The notes beneath the pieces were generated by a model that was not told where the DNA came from, searched no databases, and was given only the letters and a program-made list of their open reading frames with translations. 64,000 bases of DNA, from positions 12,462,001 to 12,526,000 of the forward strand of contig NC_047080.1 in the NCBI RefSeq assembly GCF_902459465.1. Direction: 5' to 3'. Source of the DNA: Asterias rubens (lineage: Eukaryota). A program made the position numbers and the translations under genes. Of this stretch, positions 11,207-37,101 are shown in pieces (the first letter of the stretch is position 1; each line of letters opens with the position of its first letter).

Positions 11207-14200
11207 ATGGAATTCTTGCAGTATAGAACGGGGACAAGTTTTCAGGGAAGTTCATCGGTCGGACAGACTGGTGATAATGGAGGAATGAGTGTTGAAGATC
11301 TGGTGTTATCGATGAGAAAAGATCTTTTCGATGACGATTCGTCTGCCGTTCCAAACTCAGTTAGTCCGGCAGCAGAGTACGGCATCAACCCGGCCAGGTC
11401 GGTCACTGGAGTTCACGTTCAACCCGGTGCAGTTTCTGTACGAGTAAACGGTATAGGAAATAACGCTGACCCTCAAAGAATCAGACATTTTGCTGAAAGG
11501 AGTAACGAAGTTGAGCAGTTTTATCAACATGATCAACAGGTTGTTAATTTCAGGCAGAGTTCACAAGAAATGGTAAACAACAGCAATTTTGTTAACTTTT
11601 TATATATTTTTTATTTACTTCTTCTTACTTTTTTACTTGTTTAGTTTACACTACATAATTATCGTGATACTATGATCATGTTGATGTATTGTATTACAGT
11701 CTCTTATTATCAGATCATCAGATTCAGAATGGATTATAAAAAGTCGGTGACAAGTGAAGTGAAAGGATTTTATTTGTGGTAAATTCAATGTTAAGGCCTA
11801 ATTAATTTATTTCATACCACACGAAAAAGTGGTGGCATGATGCAGAAATTGTTTCACATAGTGGACAGTAGTCTAGTCGGACAGAGTAGAGGGATTAATG
11901 TGTGATTGATTGTAAAAGTGGAGTTCTGTCAATTCTATTGCCTTTTTCCTTCTCAACACAGGTTGAACACCAATCATACTCTGGAAATGGGAACCATGGT
12001 TTGCACGTCCAGCCAAGCCATAATGCAAGTGTAAGCAATAAACTGGTGAATGCCCCACAACAGAACTATGTCCCAAACGGAATCGTTAGACACGATCAAG
12101 CACAGCCTCAGCTAGCTTCGCAATTTTACCAGCAGTTGCGGATGAGTTGGGGCCCTTCTTCCCAACAAAGTGAAGAACGCCAGGTAGCAATGTCTCCAAG
12201 CGGTGAACATTACCATCAGTCATCAGAGTACCAGGGAATATCAATGGTACCCATAAGTAATGGAGCAGTGGATTTTGAACCGGACCTTAGTCCTCGTATG
12301 CTTCCCAAACCCCCTCAGGAACCACGCCGTGGGTCAAAGACTCGGAGCAGTTTACGTCGAGCTGCAAATCTCCTCCTTAATCGCAGTCGCCAGAGTCTTT
12401 CTGATGGCGAAACGACTCGCAAACCCACGCCACCAACCACCCCGAGGAGCGAAATGGAACAGCGAAAAGAGGCAAAAACACAAACAGTCCTAGAGCGACT
12501 TCAGAAAAACAAAAATAAAATGGGTGAACTGCTGCGTTCACCAAATTTATCTCGCATGCGCCGGTCAAGTCAGGGGAACATCAGCACGGATAGCTCTCTC
12601 TCCCCTACAGATAGGCCGAGAAGTAAACCCAGCAGCAGAAAATACGCAAGTGCAGAGAATCTTCAGGTTAATGGGCATCATAGAAGTGTAGAGAACCTTA
12701 GCAGCAGACAGGGACCTCAGAGTGGATCTGATAGGAACTATGTTAAGACGTATGAAAGCAATTCCAGCAGGTCAGAGGATAATGATTACGACGTCGTTCA
12801 TTCGAGGGGTCCATCATCGGGATATAAACTAAGAAGGCATGCCAGTGGTCCTGTGTATCAAGAATCCGATAAGATGACCAACAGCTATCATAGAGGTGAA
12901 CATAGTTATCCAAACTCACTTTGTGTACTTGTATTTGTAACGGTTATTTTAAAAATACACCTTATAAACATTGCTTATAATCTTTTTTTTTACTAACTAA
13001 TAATAGTAAAAAAAAAACCTTAGAAAACCCCCAATTATTAAAAAACAATCACAACAACGAAACAAAATCAAACACCCAATGAATTGATAAAAAGGTGGAA
13101 TATTTGCTCATAATACACCAACAGCTTCATCTTTTGGATTGGACGTAAAGCTGTACATGTAGGTCCAATGTGTTGTGTACTGCACATAAAACACAGTTAC
13201 ACTTATTGCTCTGAGAAGGGGTTTACCCTGGTGTTTCTGGCAGTGGCTGCTGAATGCACCACATCACCTTGTAAACCTTTGGAAGGTGCCACATAGTCCC
13301 ATTAGTCTAAACACAGAAGAAGTCTAAAATGTTTCTGTTTGTTAAAGTGCCTGAAGATACCTTATTGGTAGATGTGTTTGTTGTAATAAGACTCTTGTTA
13401 TTATTTTTGATTTGTAGGCTACCACACTGCAGACAGTGATACTGACTCGGGAGTTGGCAGAGTGAATGGCTACAGTACACAAACGCATCCCAGGTATGGT
13501 TGTGGCCCAATGGGGTAATATCTACACTGGCTAAGTACCGCCTGTCTTACAAATGCATCCCAGCTATGGTTGTAGCCCAGTTGAGTACATGTAGCATCGT
13601 CTCTGGCTACTGATTTAGTATAGCCTGTCTTACAAATGCATCCCAGCTATGGTTGTAGCCCAGTTGAGTACATGTAGCATCGTCTCTGGCTACTGATTTA
13701 GTATAGCCTGTCTTACAAATGCATCCCAGGTATGGTTGTAGCCCAGTTGAGTAACATCTACTCTGGCTACTCACTGTATAAAGCCAGTCTTTCTAAGTGC
13801 ATCTGTAAGACGTTTTGATGCTTTTCTTCTTCTGGCACAACCACTGCGCTTTTATCTTGAGACAAATCAAGCTCGTGGATGAATGAACTTACCACTATAG
13901 TCCCTTAATACAATAAAAACACTCCTTGATGAGGTTTATTTGGTTGTACAGGATTTGCTTGTATATAATCTGAGCATGACCAGATTGTCTGAGAACAAGG
14001 CAGTCTGCTGCCATCAAAAGTTTCCCATTCAATTTACTAACAATACACATTGATTCTCTTGCAGAAGTGATGGTCACAAAGGCATGCCATCAACACGAGA
14101 CACGCTTCGTGCGATACAGAAAAAGCGTGACGCTCCGGGTCCTTCGAGTAGACACATGAACAAGTCTGTGAGTGGACCCCTGAAAGCCGATCATAGTATC

Positions 14201-17200
14201 CAACCAGTACGCACAGCGGATGACAGGTAAGATACCAGACCTGTGTCATATCTCCATCATCATGGATTTCCACATTGTCCTAGCAGTACCAGAATGAGAC
14301 TGAGATTGTAAATGGTCTGGTGCCCTTTTTCAAGTTAACAATCTCAACCTTGTGTCTTATATTCTTATGGTGTTGTTAGGTGCTCAGCAATAAAGTTACA
14401 ACTTAAAACAACTAGTGTTTTTGGAAATTGTGATTTTGTATTTTCAATCAATTTTACTTCCAAAACAGCAGGTCGCCAATGGACAGGTCGGGTATGTGGA
14501 TAGAACAAGGAGCTCGACCCAAACGTTCCAGTTCAGTGGAATCCTTAGAGACAGAGGAAGTGAAGCATGAAATATTTCCAGACAGTCAGATTGGGGCGTG
14601 GTCACAACCATCTCACAACTCCAGACCAGAGAAGCAGCCACGAAAACCCAGGTCATCTTCGCTAACAAGGTCAGACCAAACTGACAGAAGACCCTCCAGT
14701 CGTGGCCCTAGGCCGGCTTCACCAGCTCGCTCGGTGCATTTTGAAGACAGTGACTCACCGAGAGAAGAGAAAAAGAGACCTCAGTCAAGATCACAGTCAA
14801 GGACTAAAGTATCTCCACCTGAGAGTGGTTCTGCCAGTACGAGAAACTCAGAGGATGGTTATATTTACGCAAAACCAGACAAGAGTAAGAAACGTAATAG
14901 CTTCTCAGACATGGAGGATCCATATGCCACCATACCGGATCATCATTCAAGGGTTGTGGTTGACGTCGACAATCCATATGAGGAGATCGAGATCCCAGAT
15001 CGACATGACATCAACAGGAATCAGATCACTACCTCATCTAAGAATGTTGTCAATCAATACAAGAGCTCTGATTGGGAGGACTCTATCGATGGACTCTCTG
15101 CAAAAGTTGAGAAGAAACGCCAAACAAGAAAACATGAGAAGAGGGGAGTAAACAGCACTACACAAAGACAGGAAGTTATCAATGATACAAAAGATGAGAA
15201 GAGGGGAGTAAATGGCACTACACAAAGACAGGAAGTTATCAACAATACAAAAGGTACGTTTGTCCAGAGAAAATTTCTAATCAAAGTTGGATCCAATTTC
15301 ATAAAGCTGTGCAAGTCTCGACACTCCTGTGGTGACAGGTCTTTTTCTTTAGCTGCGCCACGCTTCTGGAACTCTCTACCACTTAATCTTAGATCTTGTC
15401 TTTGTACCACATAATTCAAATCTCTTCTCCAAAAGGTATCTTATGTCACAGGTTTCAAGGATTAATTTGTTGTGTCTGTTTTCTTTTTTGGTTTTACTGC
15501 GCCTTGAACACCCAGCAGGGTGGAAATGTGCACATTACAAGTATTTATTATTATTAATATTTAGTAAATGGTTGTGCTTCCTGTGGTAGAACTTAATTTT
15601 TTCTTCTTCTCTGTTTAAATCACAGAAAATGACGAGCCGATTTATGCCAAGGTGGACAAGTCGAGTAAGAGACCACCATCAGGTGCAGCCCACAGGCCTA
15701 GCTCAAGACAACGCTCCAACTCGGACAGACCCAGTACTAGAAATCCCTGCATAGCTAGCGAGTTTGATGACAGTATATCACAGATGGGTTACAAGGCCAA
15801 TAATGACACACCATTCAAGAGGTATGTGTTTGTAGCGAACTCCTCTGCAAGACCTTTATAAAAAATGCTTCACACTTTTTATTAACTTTATAAAATCTAA
15901 GGTAACCAAGATAGACTGGTAGCTTGTTTGTATACACGGTAGCAAAAAAACTGTCTATCAATGATAACCCATGCCCGAATAGGTGGCTACAGCTATGGCT
16001 ATGGCTAGATTTCCGCATCATCCGCAGACATATAGTCTAGTACCCTGTTTGTATACACCAATCACCATAGCAACTTCCTGGTGGACCTCGATCAAACTCA
16101 TGATGCCGCAGTCGCAATGGCAGAGACCAGTTCACATTTTGTAATATTGTCTTTTGCTTTATTAAGGTTTTGTTCATTTTCATTTTCATTGCAACTCGAT
16201 CCAGAACTTTCAGGAACAATAAAGTGATAATTATTCTCTATTAACTATCCCATACAATTGAATCTTTATGCTTTTCTTAATAGCAACCTAGGGGATTATG
16301 CAGAGTTGAGCGGGTCTCGTACCTCCATCTCGTCTCGTGTCTCCATCTCAGACAAGATGCAGAGTATCGGCAAGGCAACAAAGAAGAAGCTAAGCTCCAT
16401 GAGGCGCGCACTTAGTGTAGATCGCATCAACACCGCTGGGAATGAAAACACCGATGAGGAGCAGCCAAAGGTAACTTTACGTTTAAAGTTAGAACAATTC
16501 TTGAGCCTGCATATTTTGTTTTAGCGCAAAAGCCCCCGAATAATCTTGAACCTTTCGTCGCTCTCATTTTTCACTTTTAGCTCAAACGCTCTCCATCGTT
16601 AAGGTCCCTCACTGGGCTTTTCAGCAAAAAGGATAAAAAGCAAGACGATTCCACTAAACCTGGAAAATTAAATAAAAGGTAAGAAATAGTATAAAAAAAA
16701 AACTTTTAATTTCAATTTAATCGTTGCTTAAGTTCCAAGTTTCTGTTTGTCTGAGGGAGAATGATAATTTTGAAAGTACAACTTGTGTTCATACTTGTAG
16801 GCGCTCTGCTAGTCTGAGTGGTCTGCCGATACGACTCCAGCGGTCATCTGAAGATACCGATGTCACGTCACCGAGTCACATGAGGAAAGTCGGCAAACTA
16901 CTCCATCTCAACTCTGATGGGTCTCAAGTTGTTGAGCTTGTCAAACCACCGAGTGGACCGTTTGGTTTCTACATCGCTCGTGGAACTTCAAACTTTGGCT
17001 CTGGTAAGTATTCTCAAACTTCTGTTTTTTTTGTAAAATAACTTTATTAAAAGAGTGTGTTGGAATCCTTTTATGATTTGTGTAAAAATTTTGGAACTGC
17101 ATTTCTACATCTTTTAGGAAGACGAAGAAATTTCAAATTCAATAGTTAACAATTTGTTTCACTCCATACTCTCATCTCCCTACTAAGCTTACTCACTACT

Positions 17201-17440
17201 CTATTCACCTAAATAGGTGTCTTTGTTACCCGGTTGGGCGATGGCCACCCAGCAAAGATCCTGGCAGGTCTCCTGGCAGTGGGTGATGAGATTCTTGAAA
17301 TCAACGGAGTAGATGTCCGGAACCGGCCTCTAGATGACATATATGACATGATGATGGATAATAACAAGCTGACCTTGAGGCTGGTACCGATCACTTCACG
17401 TGGCACATGGACGGATAGATCATATGGAGTGGATGTGTGA
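11207..17440 (+). CDS. KIAA1614: KIAA1614-like large disordered protein with a C-terminal Par6-like PDZ domain, ~1075 aa, 10 coding exons
   Basis: Exons 11207-11572, 11962-12895, 13418-13493, 14065-14226, 14472-15253, 15626-15821, 16284-16470, 16581-16678, 16801-17003, 17217-17440. All GT-AG with consistent phases, total 3228 nt. The C-terminus VGKLLHLNSDGSQVVELVKPPSGPFGFYIARG..GVFVTRL..LAGLLAVGDEILEINGVDV is a PDZ resembling KIAA1614/Par6. Orthology is from recalled similarity. Confidence 0.75.
13480..13790. repeat. ~80-bp tandem repeat x4 overlapping the exon 3 donor of the PDZ gene
   Basis: acaaa(c/t)gcatcccag(g/c)tatggttgt(g/a)gccca recurs four times. Confidence 0.9.
15315..15556 (+). 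mobile_element. 3' fragment of an L2/CR1-type LINE in an intron
   Basis: Encodes GDRSFSLAAPRFWNSLP (typical L2 ORF2 C-terminus), followed by a gcgccttgaacac...attacaagt tail and (att)n. Confidence 0.7.
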
Positions 17441-20400
17441 CCTTTCAACTTTGACATCTACTTTCAAGCAAGAAGACTCGTGGAAAGGTATGGGAAAATA
17501 AAAGATCTGCTTGGATCTGTTTTGTACAATTCAATGAAAATACACATCTGTAAAACAAGTCTTACCCAGAGCACGTGGAGTAACAGGTGAGGGTAAAGGT
17601 CACAACCATTTTGACCTTTCAGGTCATGACCTTTCGATTAGGGCAGTATAAAGTGTGGAAAACAGGTTTAAGGATTGTGCTGTTTAAGTTTTGCAATAGA
17701 GTTTTATCAGAGAGCAGCCATCTTGTTTTACTTGCCTCCAAATCAATTCATAACGAGGCTAGGGGTGTATTGATAAATAGTCAGATCCCCTTTTGATACC
17801 TTGAGAATCAGGACTCATCATTGCTATTGGTTACAGGGAACATGGTCCAATATGGTGGCAGTGTGTGAATGGTATTCAAACAACCACTTTCAAGATTTTT
17901 GTAGAAATGATTTGTGCCTCTTCTTTGCATAAGTAGTCGGATTATTTTTAAACCTTGTACATACCTCCCATTCGGTGAAATGTTATAAATATTGCTTTTG
18001 TAATTGAATGAAGTATGTTTTGATATGTTTTTGTAAACAGCATTGAGTATTGAAATCATAAAAGGGTAGATTATCAATTATCAATCAGCATTTGTTTAAA
18101 TTAAAATCAACGAATAAATCTTGTAAATTCATTACTGGAATCGTCTTTCACCAATCAATTGGCCAATTGATAAAAAGTTGCTGGCTGCAAATTACACTTT
18201 AAAAGGAGAACGGCCAAGACTTAATCAACCAAATATTTGTATGCAGTCAAATCATTGTGTGCCTTGCTAACTGCTGCAGTATTCCATACGAAACGGAAGT
18301 ATTTGTGCCTACTAAATGGTTTTATTTTTCATAGTTCACTGCGCTGACATTCCACTAGCTTTGCCTTGCTGTGCTTTTACAGAACTTTTCTATCGATAGA
18401 GATTTGTACTTTTTTTTTTTAAATACAAATATTATTATTGGAAGAAATGGTATAATATTCAAACTATTATTATAATCAGGTAATCCTATCTTTAAACTGA
18501 TTTAAGTTTAATAGTTTTTGTAGATCGAAAATAGAAATTTGTTTACGTTTGTAAACAATATTGTTTTTACCAGATTTGTGGCCTACATACACATGTACAT
18601 GTACAACATTTATATAGCTTCACCCATTCATGTACAAAGCTTTGAGATTCGTTAATAGCAATAACTTCAGATTTAATATCAAATATTACATAATATAGAG
18701 GCTGACATAACTTGTATATTTCTCTGTTAATTGACAGATATTGATAAAAATGTATAACTTTGTAAATAATTGTTTTATATAAAATAGATAGTTGTGTTTC
18801 GAAACACTCAGGTAGAACATTTAAGTTGATATGCTTCATGACCATGCATTGAATTCATAGTATGTACATGAAGTTCAGCTCATGTGGCCTAACATTATTG
18901 AAAACTATTTTACGAACAGCAATGGCAAATAAGCTAATGGCAGTGAGAGCTCACCTTTCTCTGTTTTAGTTCTTTTATACACTATATTTATTTGTGTAAA
19001 TTACTTGATTTTTTTACGATTTGTTTTTTATATTTTTTTTCCAGTTTGTTCATTTTTTTTTTTTTTTTTGGGGGGGGGGGGGGTGGAAGTTGTTAGAAAA
19101 TTTAATAATATGATATGGAATAGCACTAGCCTGCCAAGAAAGACGCTGTGTAAGTTTTGAGAAATGCATTAGTTTGCATAACACTGTGCGATTGTATCTA
19201 CTCTACTGTTTAGGTTACAAACTTGTCTTGATGTTATGCTACTACTGCTGAGTTAGTTTCAGATTTTCTGAGGTAATAATGTCTTGTACAGATTGTATAT
19301 ATACCTTTGCCATAACTAGTTAACGTACTCTTATTCAGAGATATGACCCTATTTCTGACTATTACCATGTCCCGTCAGCGACACAATGACTCAATATGTA
19401 GTGGTCACTTACATGGGCCCATGGTAATCATTTGAACCTACTGTTGTTAGCCGCTGAGATAGAAGAGGCTTTTATCAGCAGACGAGGGCAGAAGTCCAAT
19501 CTGTTAGTGACTTCAATTGCTAATTCGGCTTATCTGGTTTGAGGCTAAACTAAAAGATGAGTTTGTCAACGCCATTTTTACAATTTTTTAAAATAGTTTG
19601 TTTATGATTTCCTCTCTTTTAACTGGGGCAACTTACTGAGTTAATAATAATGATACACAGGTTAAATATCTTTTCTCCCCCCCCCCCCCCCCAATATGAA
19701 ATGTGCCAAGGGTAAAACAAACAAATCACAAGAGGCTCTTTAAGCTGGAGTAATGACACGCACCATTTTATATTTTTACGTGGCCTAATTTTAAGCCAAT
19801 GAAACGTTATTATAATAATCATGATCGGCATTCCAAGCTTATTTTTATAATGAATATTTATGAGATTTGACTAGGCAAAATGGCATGTGTTAGTTAATAT
19901 TCATTATTCAGTTATATGCCCTGTTGTGTCTTCCTGAACTTATAAATATTCATGAGAGCTTTCAATTGATTGATAATACCAAAGTTCAGTGACCTGTGTT
20001 CAGTTACACTTTAAAGCTTAATTAGAAACACACCTTGAAAAGTATGTTTTAACTTTGCATGCTTGATTTAATTATAATGGACACCATTTCTTTACCTAAT
20101 CAGATAAGCAGAAAATTTGTGTACAACTAAGCAACCCATGTGAACTAGTTACCCGTTTCTCCTCAGCAAAAGTGTTTATGAGCACTTGGACTTAAATTGT
20201 ATTTATTATTGTAGATCAATTGGTTTTGTATTTACAGCGAGGGCCAATTTCAAGCCACTATTTCTTACAAAAAGAAATTATTCTATGCCAGAATTTATTT
20301 TCACATTTCAACTGTGAAATGCGTGTCTGAAATTGTTCTCCGATAACTCCCCCAAACCAAGTACCTAGATATAACAGGACCAATGAAACAGTTTAAAGTA

Positions 20401-21640
20401 ACAAATTTACAGAAATGCCTAAAAAAGATTGCCACATTTTCTTGATATTAATTTATGAAAAAGAACAGTCTACAATTATTTATAACCCCGTCCAACTACA
20501 CAGTGCAATGATGGGATAGACGTAAACTGGAGTTCAAATTTGTTTATATCAAATTTTAAGATTTTTTTTTCACTTCCGTCCGAAGTAAGTTAAGTATTCA
20601 ATCAATCATGATTCAATTTTAATTGTAAGAAAATCATGATGTAATAATTTAAAAGTATTCAGATGTTATTGGTGTTAATAGTTGTATGAAATCATTTAAT
20701 TATGAGGGTTCCTAAGTGGTCCAGTAATTGTAGAATAAGAAAATTATGATACTATTCAGACTATGTAATTGTTGAAAGTTGTTAGAGTTTAACGTACTGT
20801 GTAACTCTAAACACAGATTGATAGAAGATTTAAGCAATAAGCAGTGTGTTAGTAGAGTAATGAATCATATAAATCATAAAGACCAATCATGGAACCTTGC
20901 GGAACCTCATCAAGTCACTTGTGCACATTCAAAACTTATGCACAGACCGTGATTTGTTCAATGTGTAAAAGTCAATTTCTGCATAAAATTTACAGGAAAA
21001 AGACGATAGAAAAATTGCCTAGCAGAAACGATTGGTTACCAGTCAAAGTACCTTGTGTGTTATTTGTGACTGGTTCCCTGCTTATTTTGGCTTAGCAAAG
21101 TGGACTCACTTTGTACTTGCTTGGTGTTGTCGAGACACCTCACAAATGACCCAACAAGTTTTTATTGTTTTGTATCATTCCTAGCTATGTGTTTACAATG
21201 TAAATAAATAATACATATCTTTTGTAAATACAATATTTGTTGCAATTGGTCTGAGACTTATGCCTTTGTACTTATTATGTAAGTACATTGTAAATACATT
21301 ATTTAGTCACATGATTTTTAGAAGCATAAATGGTTCAGTGGGATGTGGTTCTTAAAACCAACACCATAAAAGTATGGTGTTCAACAATCTAGGGCAAATC
21401 CTTTCTAAATGCCATAATTTAAATGTCTGGTGTTCACATTTACTTTGATGTTATTAAATTTGCTACACCTTGATACTCAACTTAATAGTTATTAAAGATT
21501 CTTTTCCAATGATTCAAGGTTTATTAGAATGTGGGATATTCCTAAGTCTGGGGTTATGTGAGTGGCACATGGCACAATGAGTGATAAATACTCCTGGAAA
21601 GTACTTTCATATTAAGTTTAGAAACCCTAATACTACCAAA

Positions 21641-21765
21641 AATGTGGCAAAAAGGACATTTTCTCATTATGGAAACAAATAATATATGGCAAAAAAGGAT
21701 ATTTTCTCATTATGGAAACAAATAATATATGGCAAAAAAGGACATTTTCTCATTATGGAAACAAA
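21641..21765. repeat. Tandem repeat, ~43-bp unit x3
   Basis: atggcaaaaaaggacattttctcattatggaaacaaat(aat) three times. Confidence 0.9.
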
Positions 21766-22632
21766 TTTTTGGGTTTTGTCATTTACAATTAAATTCCTTG
21801 TATTTATTGTATGTATATTTTTATTTGTTTGAACAATTTATTTTGCTTTGGTTATTATTGTTATTTTTAAAACTTCAGTTGTTACACTTTTCACCCATTA
21901 TTATGAGTGTATTAACAGATTCCTGTATATTACTACACTTATTTAGATCGTGAAATTAATGAAATATGCCATGTGTGTTGGCAGAATTATGATTAAAACA
22001 ATAATTTTTAGTTCTGTTTTCTTATTTTTATTTCTCATTTTTATTTTACATCAATTGTCTGTACCTTAATTGTTGTTATATTTGACAATATTTCAGTGAC
22101 AGTTGAAACTAAGGTAGCCTGACACTTTAGGCACCAATAACTTACTGTCAATCATTTTGTCATAGAAAAACCTAAGAATAAAATTGTATCTACATTGTAT
22201 ACAATTAAAAATGCACTGATTTGGCAGTTACGTTTTGTATTACCGGTTTGCAGCATGTTATGACATAAACAGATAAATCGTACTATATAGCCTTTTATTT
22301 GTGATTATGCTCAAGTTTTAATTAAAAAAGAATTACCAGACAAAGCGAAAAGTACATAAAGAAGGGTTGAAAGCTATTGAATATTAAAATATGCTAATGA
22401 AGTGGGCGGGACTTTACGCTATTTTGTGGTCACACCCTTTTTTCCCTTTGTTGAAAGTGCGAATGCGCGGTGACCCAAAGGTCATTGTATCACGTTCGAT
22501 CTGCTATCACACACTTCGAGGACGACAACGAGCCGGCAAAACGAGGGCGATATTTAATTGCTACAAAACTCCTTATTTTCCAGAAATTCTCCACATAATA
22601 TGACAGTGTGACACAAACATTTACTTTATACG

Positions 22633-34341
<11,709 letters not shown>

Positions 34342-34988
34342 CCACGATATCATTGTACAGTCTCTCCTCTATATTTCTTGCTGTATATTTTGGTACTCCT
34401 AGATTGGTCATAGGTGCGACTGATTGGGAGGGAAGACAATGTGTTCTGGATTAATCTCATTTTGCACCACGCTGATTTGGGGGCAAATTGGTTCTGTTTT
34501 TAAATTATTTTATTTGTTGAATAAACTGAACTGAAATGAATAATGTGTCGCCACCATGTTTGTCACGTACCCTGCTGTATGCAATAACAGTTATGCATTC
34601 TGATGAGCAAGCACCAGACTATGTTCTTCTTCCTGTTTCAATTTGATGAGATTAATTTGAATTGTTGACAAAACATTTGTCAGATCTTCACCTTATTTGC
34701 GGAGTCAACCTGAGTGTAATAACACTGCACTGTATAACACAATGACTTTCAAAATGGCACTACCGAGGTGATTGAGACGATGACAATAGATTGAATTGGG
34801 TAAGAAGACAACATACAAGAATTGAAATCTGCACAGGTGATGAAGAGCGCTTTGATTTGCCTCCGAGATGGTGCATTAATGGGCATGGATATTGTTTGCA
34901 AGAGCTCTTTTAAACTTATGATCTGTCAAAGGTTTGTGCATGAAATTACTGTAAAAGTAGGCGGAGCATGTAACCATCATTGGCGATG

Positions 34989-35138
34989 TGTGTACAACAG
35001 GCGCCCTCTGTGGTAAATATGTAGAGAGCTTTGAATTGGTTTTATATCTAAGATGTTTCTCTGTGTACAACAGGCGCCCTCTGTGGTAAATATGTAGAGA
35101 GCTTTGAATTGGTTTTATATCTAAGATGTTTCTCTGTG
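34989..35138. repeat. 73-bp tandem duplication downstream of the SLC25 stop (probable 3' UTR)
   Basis: tgtgtacaacaggcgccctctgtggtaaatatgtagagagctttgaattggttttatatctaagatgtttctc twice. Confidence 0.9.
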
Positions 35139-36412
35139 ACTTTTCCTGCTACTAGTTTTTCTTTCATTGTCTGAACTTTTTTGTGCCTTTGATCTTTTTC
35201 TTTTTGTACTCGAGATTAAAAAATTGTTGAGCTTAATGTAAGCTTGTCTGCCTTATGTAATAATAAAGAGATGTCGAAGGTGAGGATAGTTGTTTACTCT
35301 ACCAATAGCTACGCCCTGTACACTGACCACGCCCATTTCTGACCTGGCTCATAAGTTATGTTAAATAATCATATTTTGTGTTCGCTCACTATGTTTTCTG
35401 TTTCCAAAACTGCTACCATGCATTTAATACTAATAATTTTGGTGGACTATTCAAACCTTGATTGATAGTTAACTCTGTATTTCAAACTTGCATTTCCAAC
35501 GAGAACTCAAATTTTGTTCTCGCCAGTCCAGTAAATGTGCCAACAATCCCGATAAATCTGTCAAAAAAATTGTATCTTTACTGGTGTTAATATAACATCA
35601 ACCCGTGTCAAAGTTTAAATAAGTATTTATTTATTTAATTAGAAGTTTTTGGTGTTGGGGAATGTGATATAAAGTTGATAGATTTTTATTGTTGCTCGGT
35701 AGAACATGTTATGATAGGAGTTTAAGATTGTATATACAAGAGTTGAAGCATATCACTAATAATCGTCTGCAGCTCCTACTTTGGGCCTGAAATAGCAGAT
35801 GGATTTCTACAGTAGGGTTCTCTGCTTACATAGCTAGCGCTGAAATTCAGCGCCTGCACATGAGCGGAGAGTGGTTATCATTAGCGCATATTTCGGCAGT
35901 AAGCAGAGCCATTAAAATGGCTCTGCAGAGCAGGGACCCCTTGGTTGAACCATTGCCATGGAGCAGACCATTTATTGTCAGGCATTTGGGAATTATGGGA
36001 TGGTTGACTTGTGCCCAGTTTTATGGGTCTGCTTACTGCACAAGTCCGCACTCTGTAAGCGCAGAATTATTTGGTAAGCACAACTATTATTTGTTATCCT
36101 GTCATCCTTCATATAAAGTCATTTTAAAAATTTTCTTGAAAGTTAATCTTTTCATGTTTAAAACTCGAACTTTTTATAAAGTTTTTATAGTCACTTTAAC
36201 AAAGTCTCAATTTTGAGAAAGTCAAATGGCAAGAGTATCTCTTCTCTTCCTTGTTTATAATTATATTATGTATGTATTTAACCTTCTTATTTACCTTCAT
36301 AATTTGGTTTTCATAGGACTGTTACTCTAATCATCTCAAATCCCTTAAGCAGTTTAAAGGTGTTGTGTTCATGCAACTGTAAATAATTATAATTTATACC
36401 CATAACTAACTT

Positions 36413-36755
36413 ATACCCCCCCCCCCCCCCGATACGCTTACTTCTACTACCTAAAATCCTAACCCAGACTCTACCCAAAACCAACCCCTACCCCAAACTC
36501 AACTCCTACATGAAATACAAACCCCTACCCCAAAACCCCTACCCCAACGCAAACGGAACCCCCCTTCCTAAAGCCCAACCCTAAACTCGAACCCAGCCAT
36601 ACCCTTACCTCACACCCAGTCCCAGGAACCATAGGTATGCCTGACCCCTACCCCAAACCCTAACACCCACCCCTAACATCCACCCCTAACACCCACCCCT
36701 AACACCCACCCAAAACCCTAAGCCAATCCCCTCTTGACTCTCCAACCCAAACTTG
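36413..36755. repeat. C-rich low-complexity tract with degenerate CCCTAA/CCCTAC units
   Basis: Repeated acccctaccccaaa, ccctaacacccacc, aaccctaa. Confidence 0.75.
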
Positions 36756-37101
36756 CAAGTGCAATTATACAATTCAGACCTTTATCCATTGGAACAGAGC
36801 AAGAAGATTGGTGTTGTCTCTGTAATTGCTTTGAGGCATTGTGTGTGCACTCCCATTAAATAGCTGTATGGCAAAACGTTGGCTTCCCAATGGTTGATTT
36901 GGCTCAATTTGCACTGTTTTAGGCCTGTCACATGTAACAGTGTTGCAGGTCTCGCGACCGGTCTTGGTGGCGAGACAGAGACCGGTCTCGACACTCTGGT
37001 CTTGGTGGGGAGACTATTTTGGGTCTGGGACATGCTGGTCTGGGGTGTACTGGTCTTGACTTTAACACTGTCATGGTATTGATACACTATGTTCACAGCT
37101 G

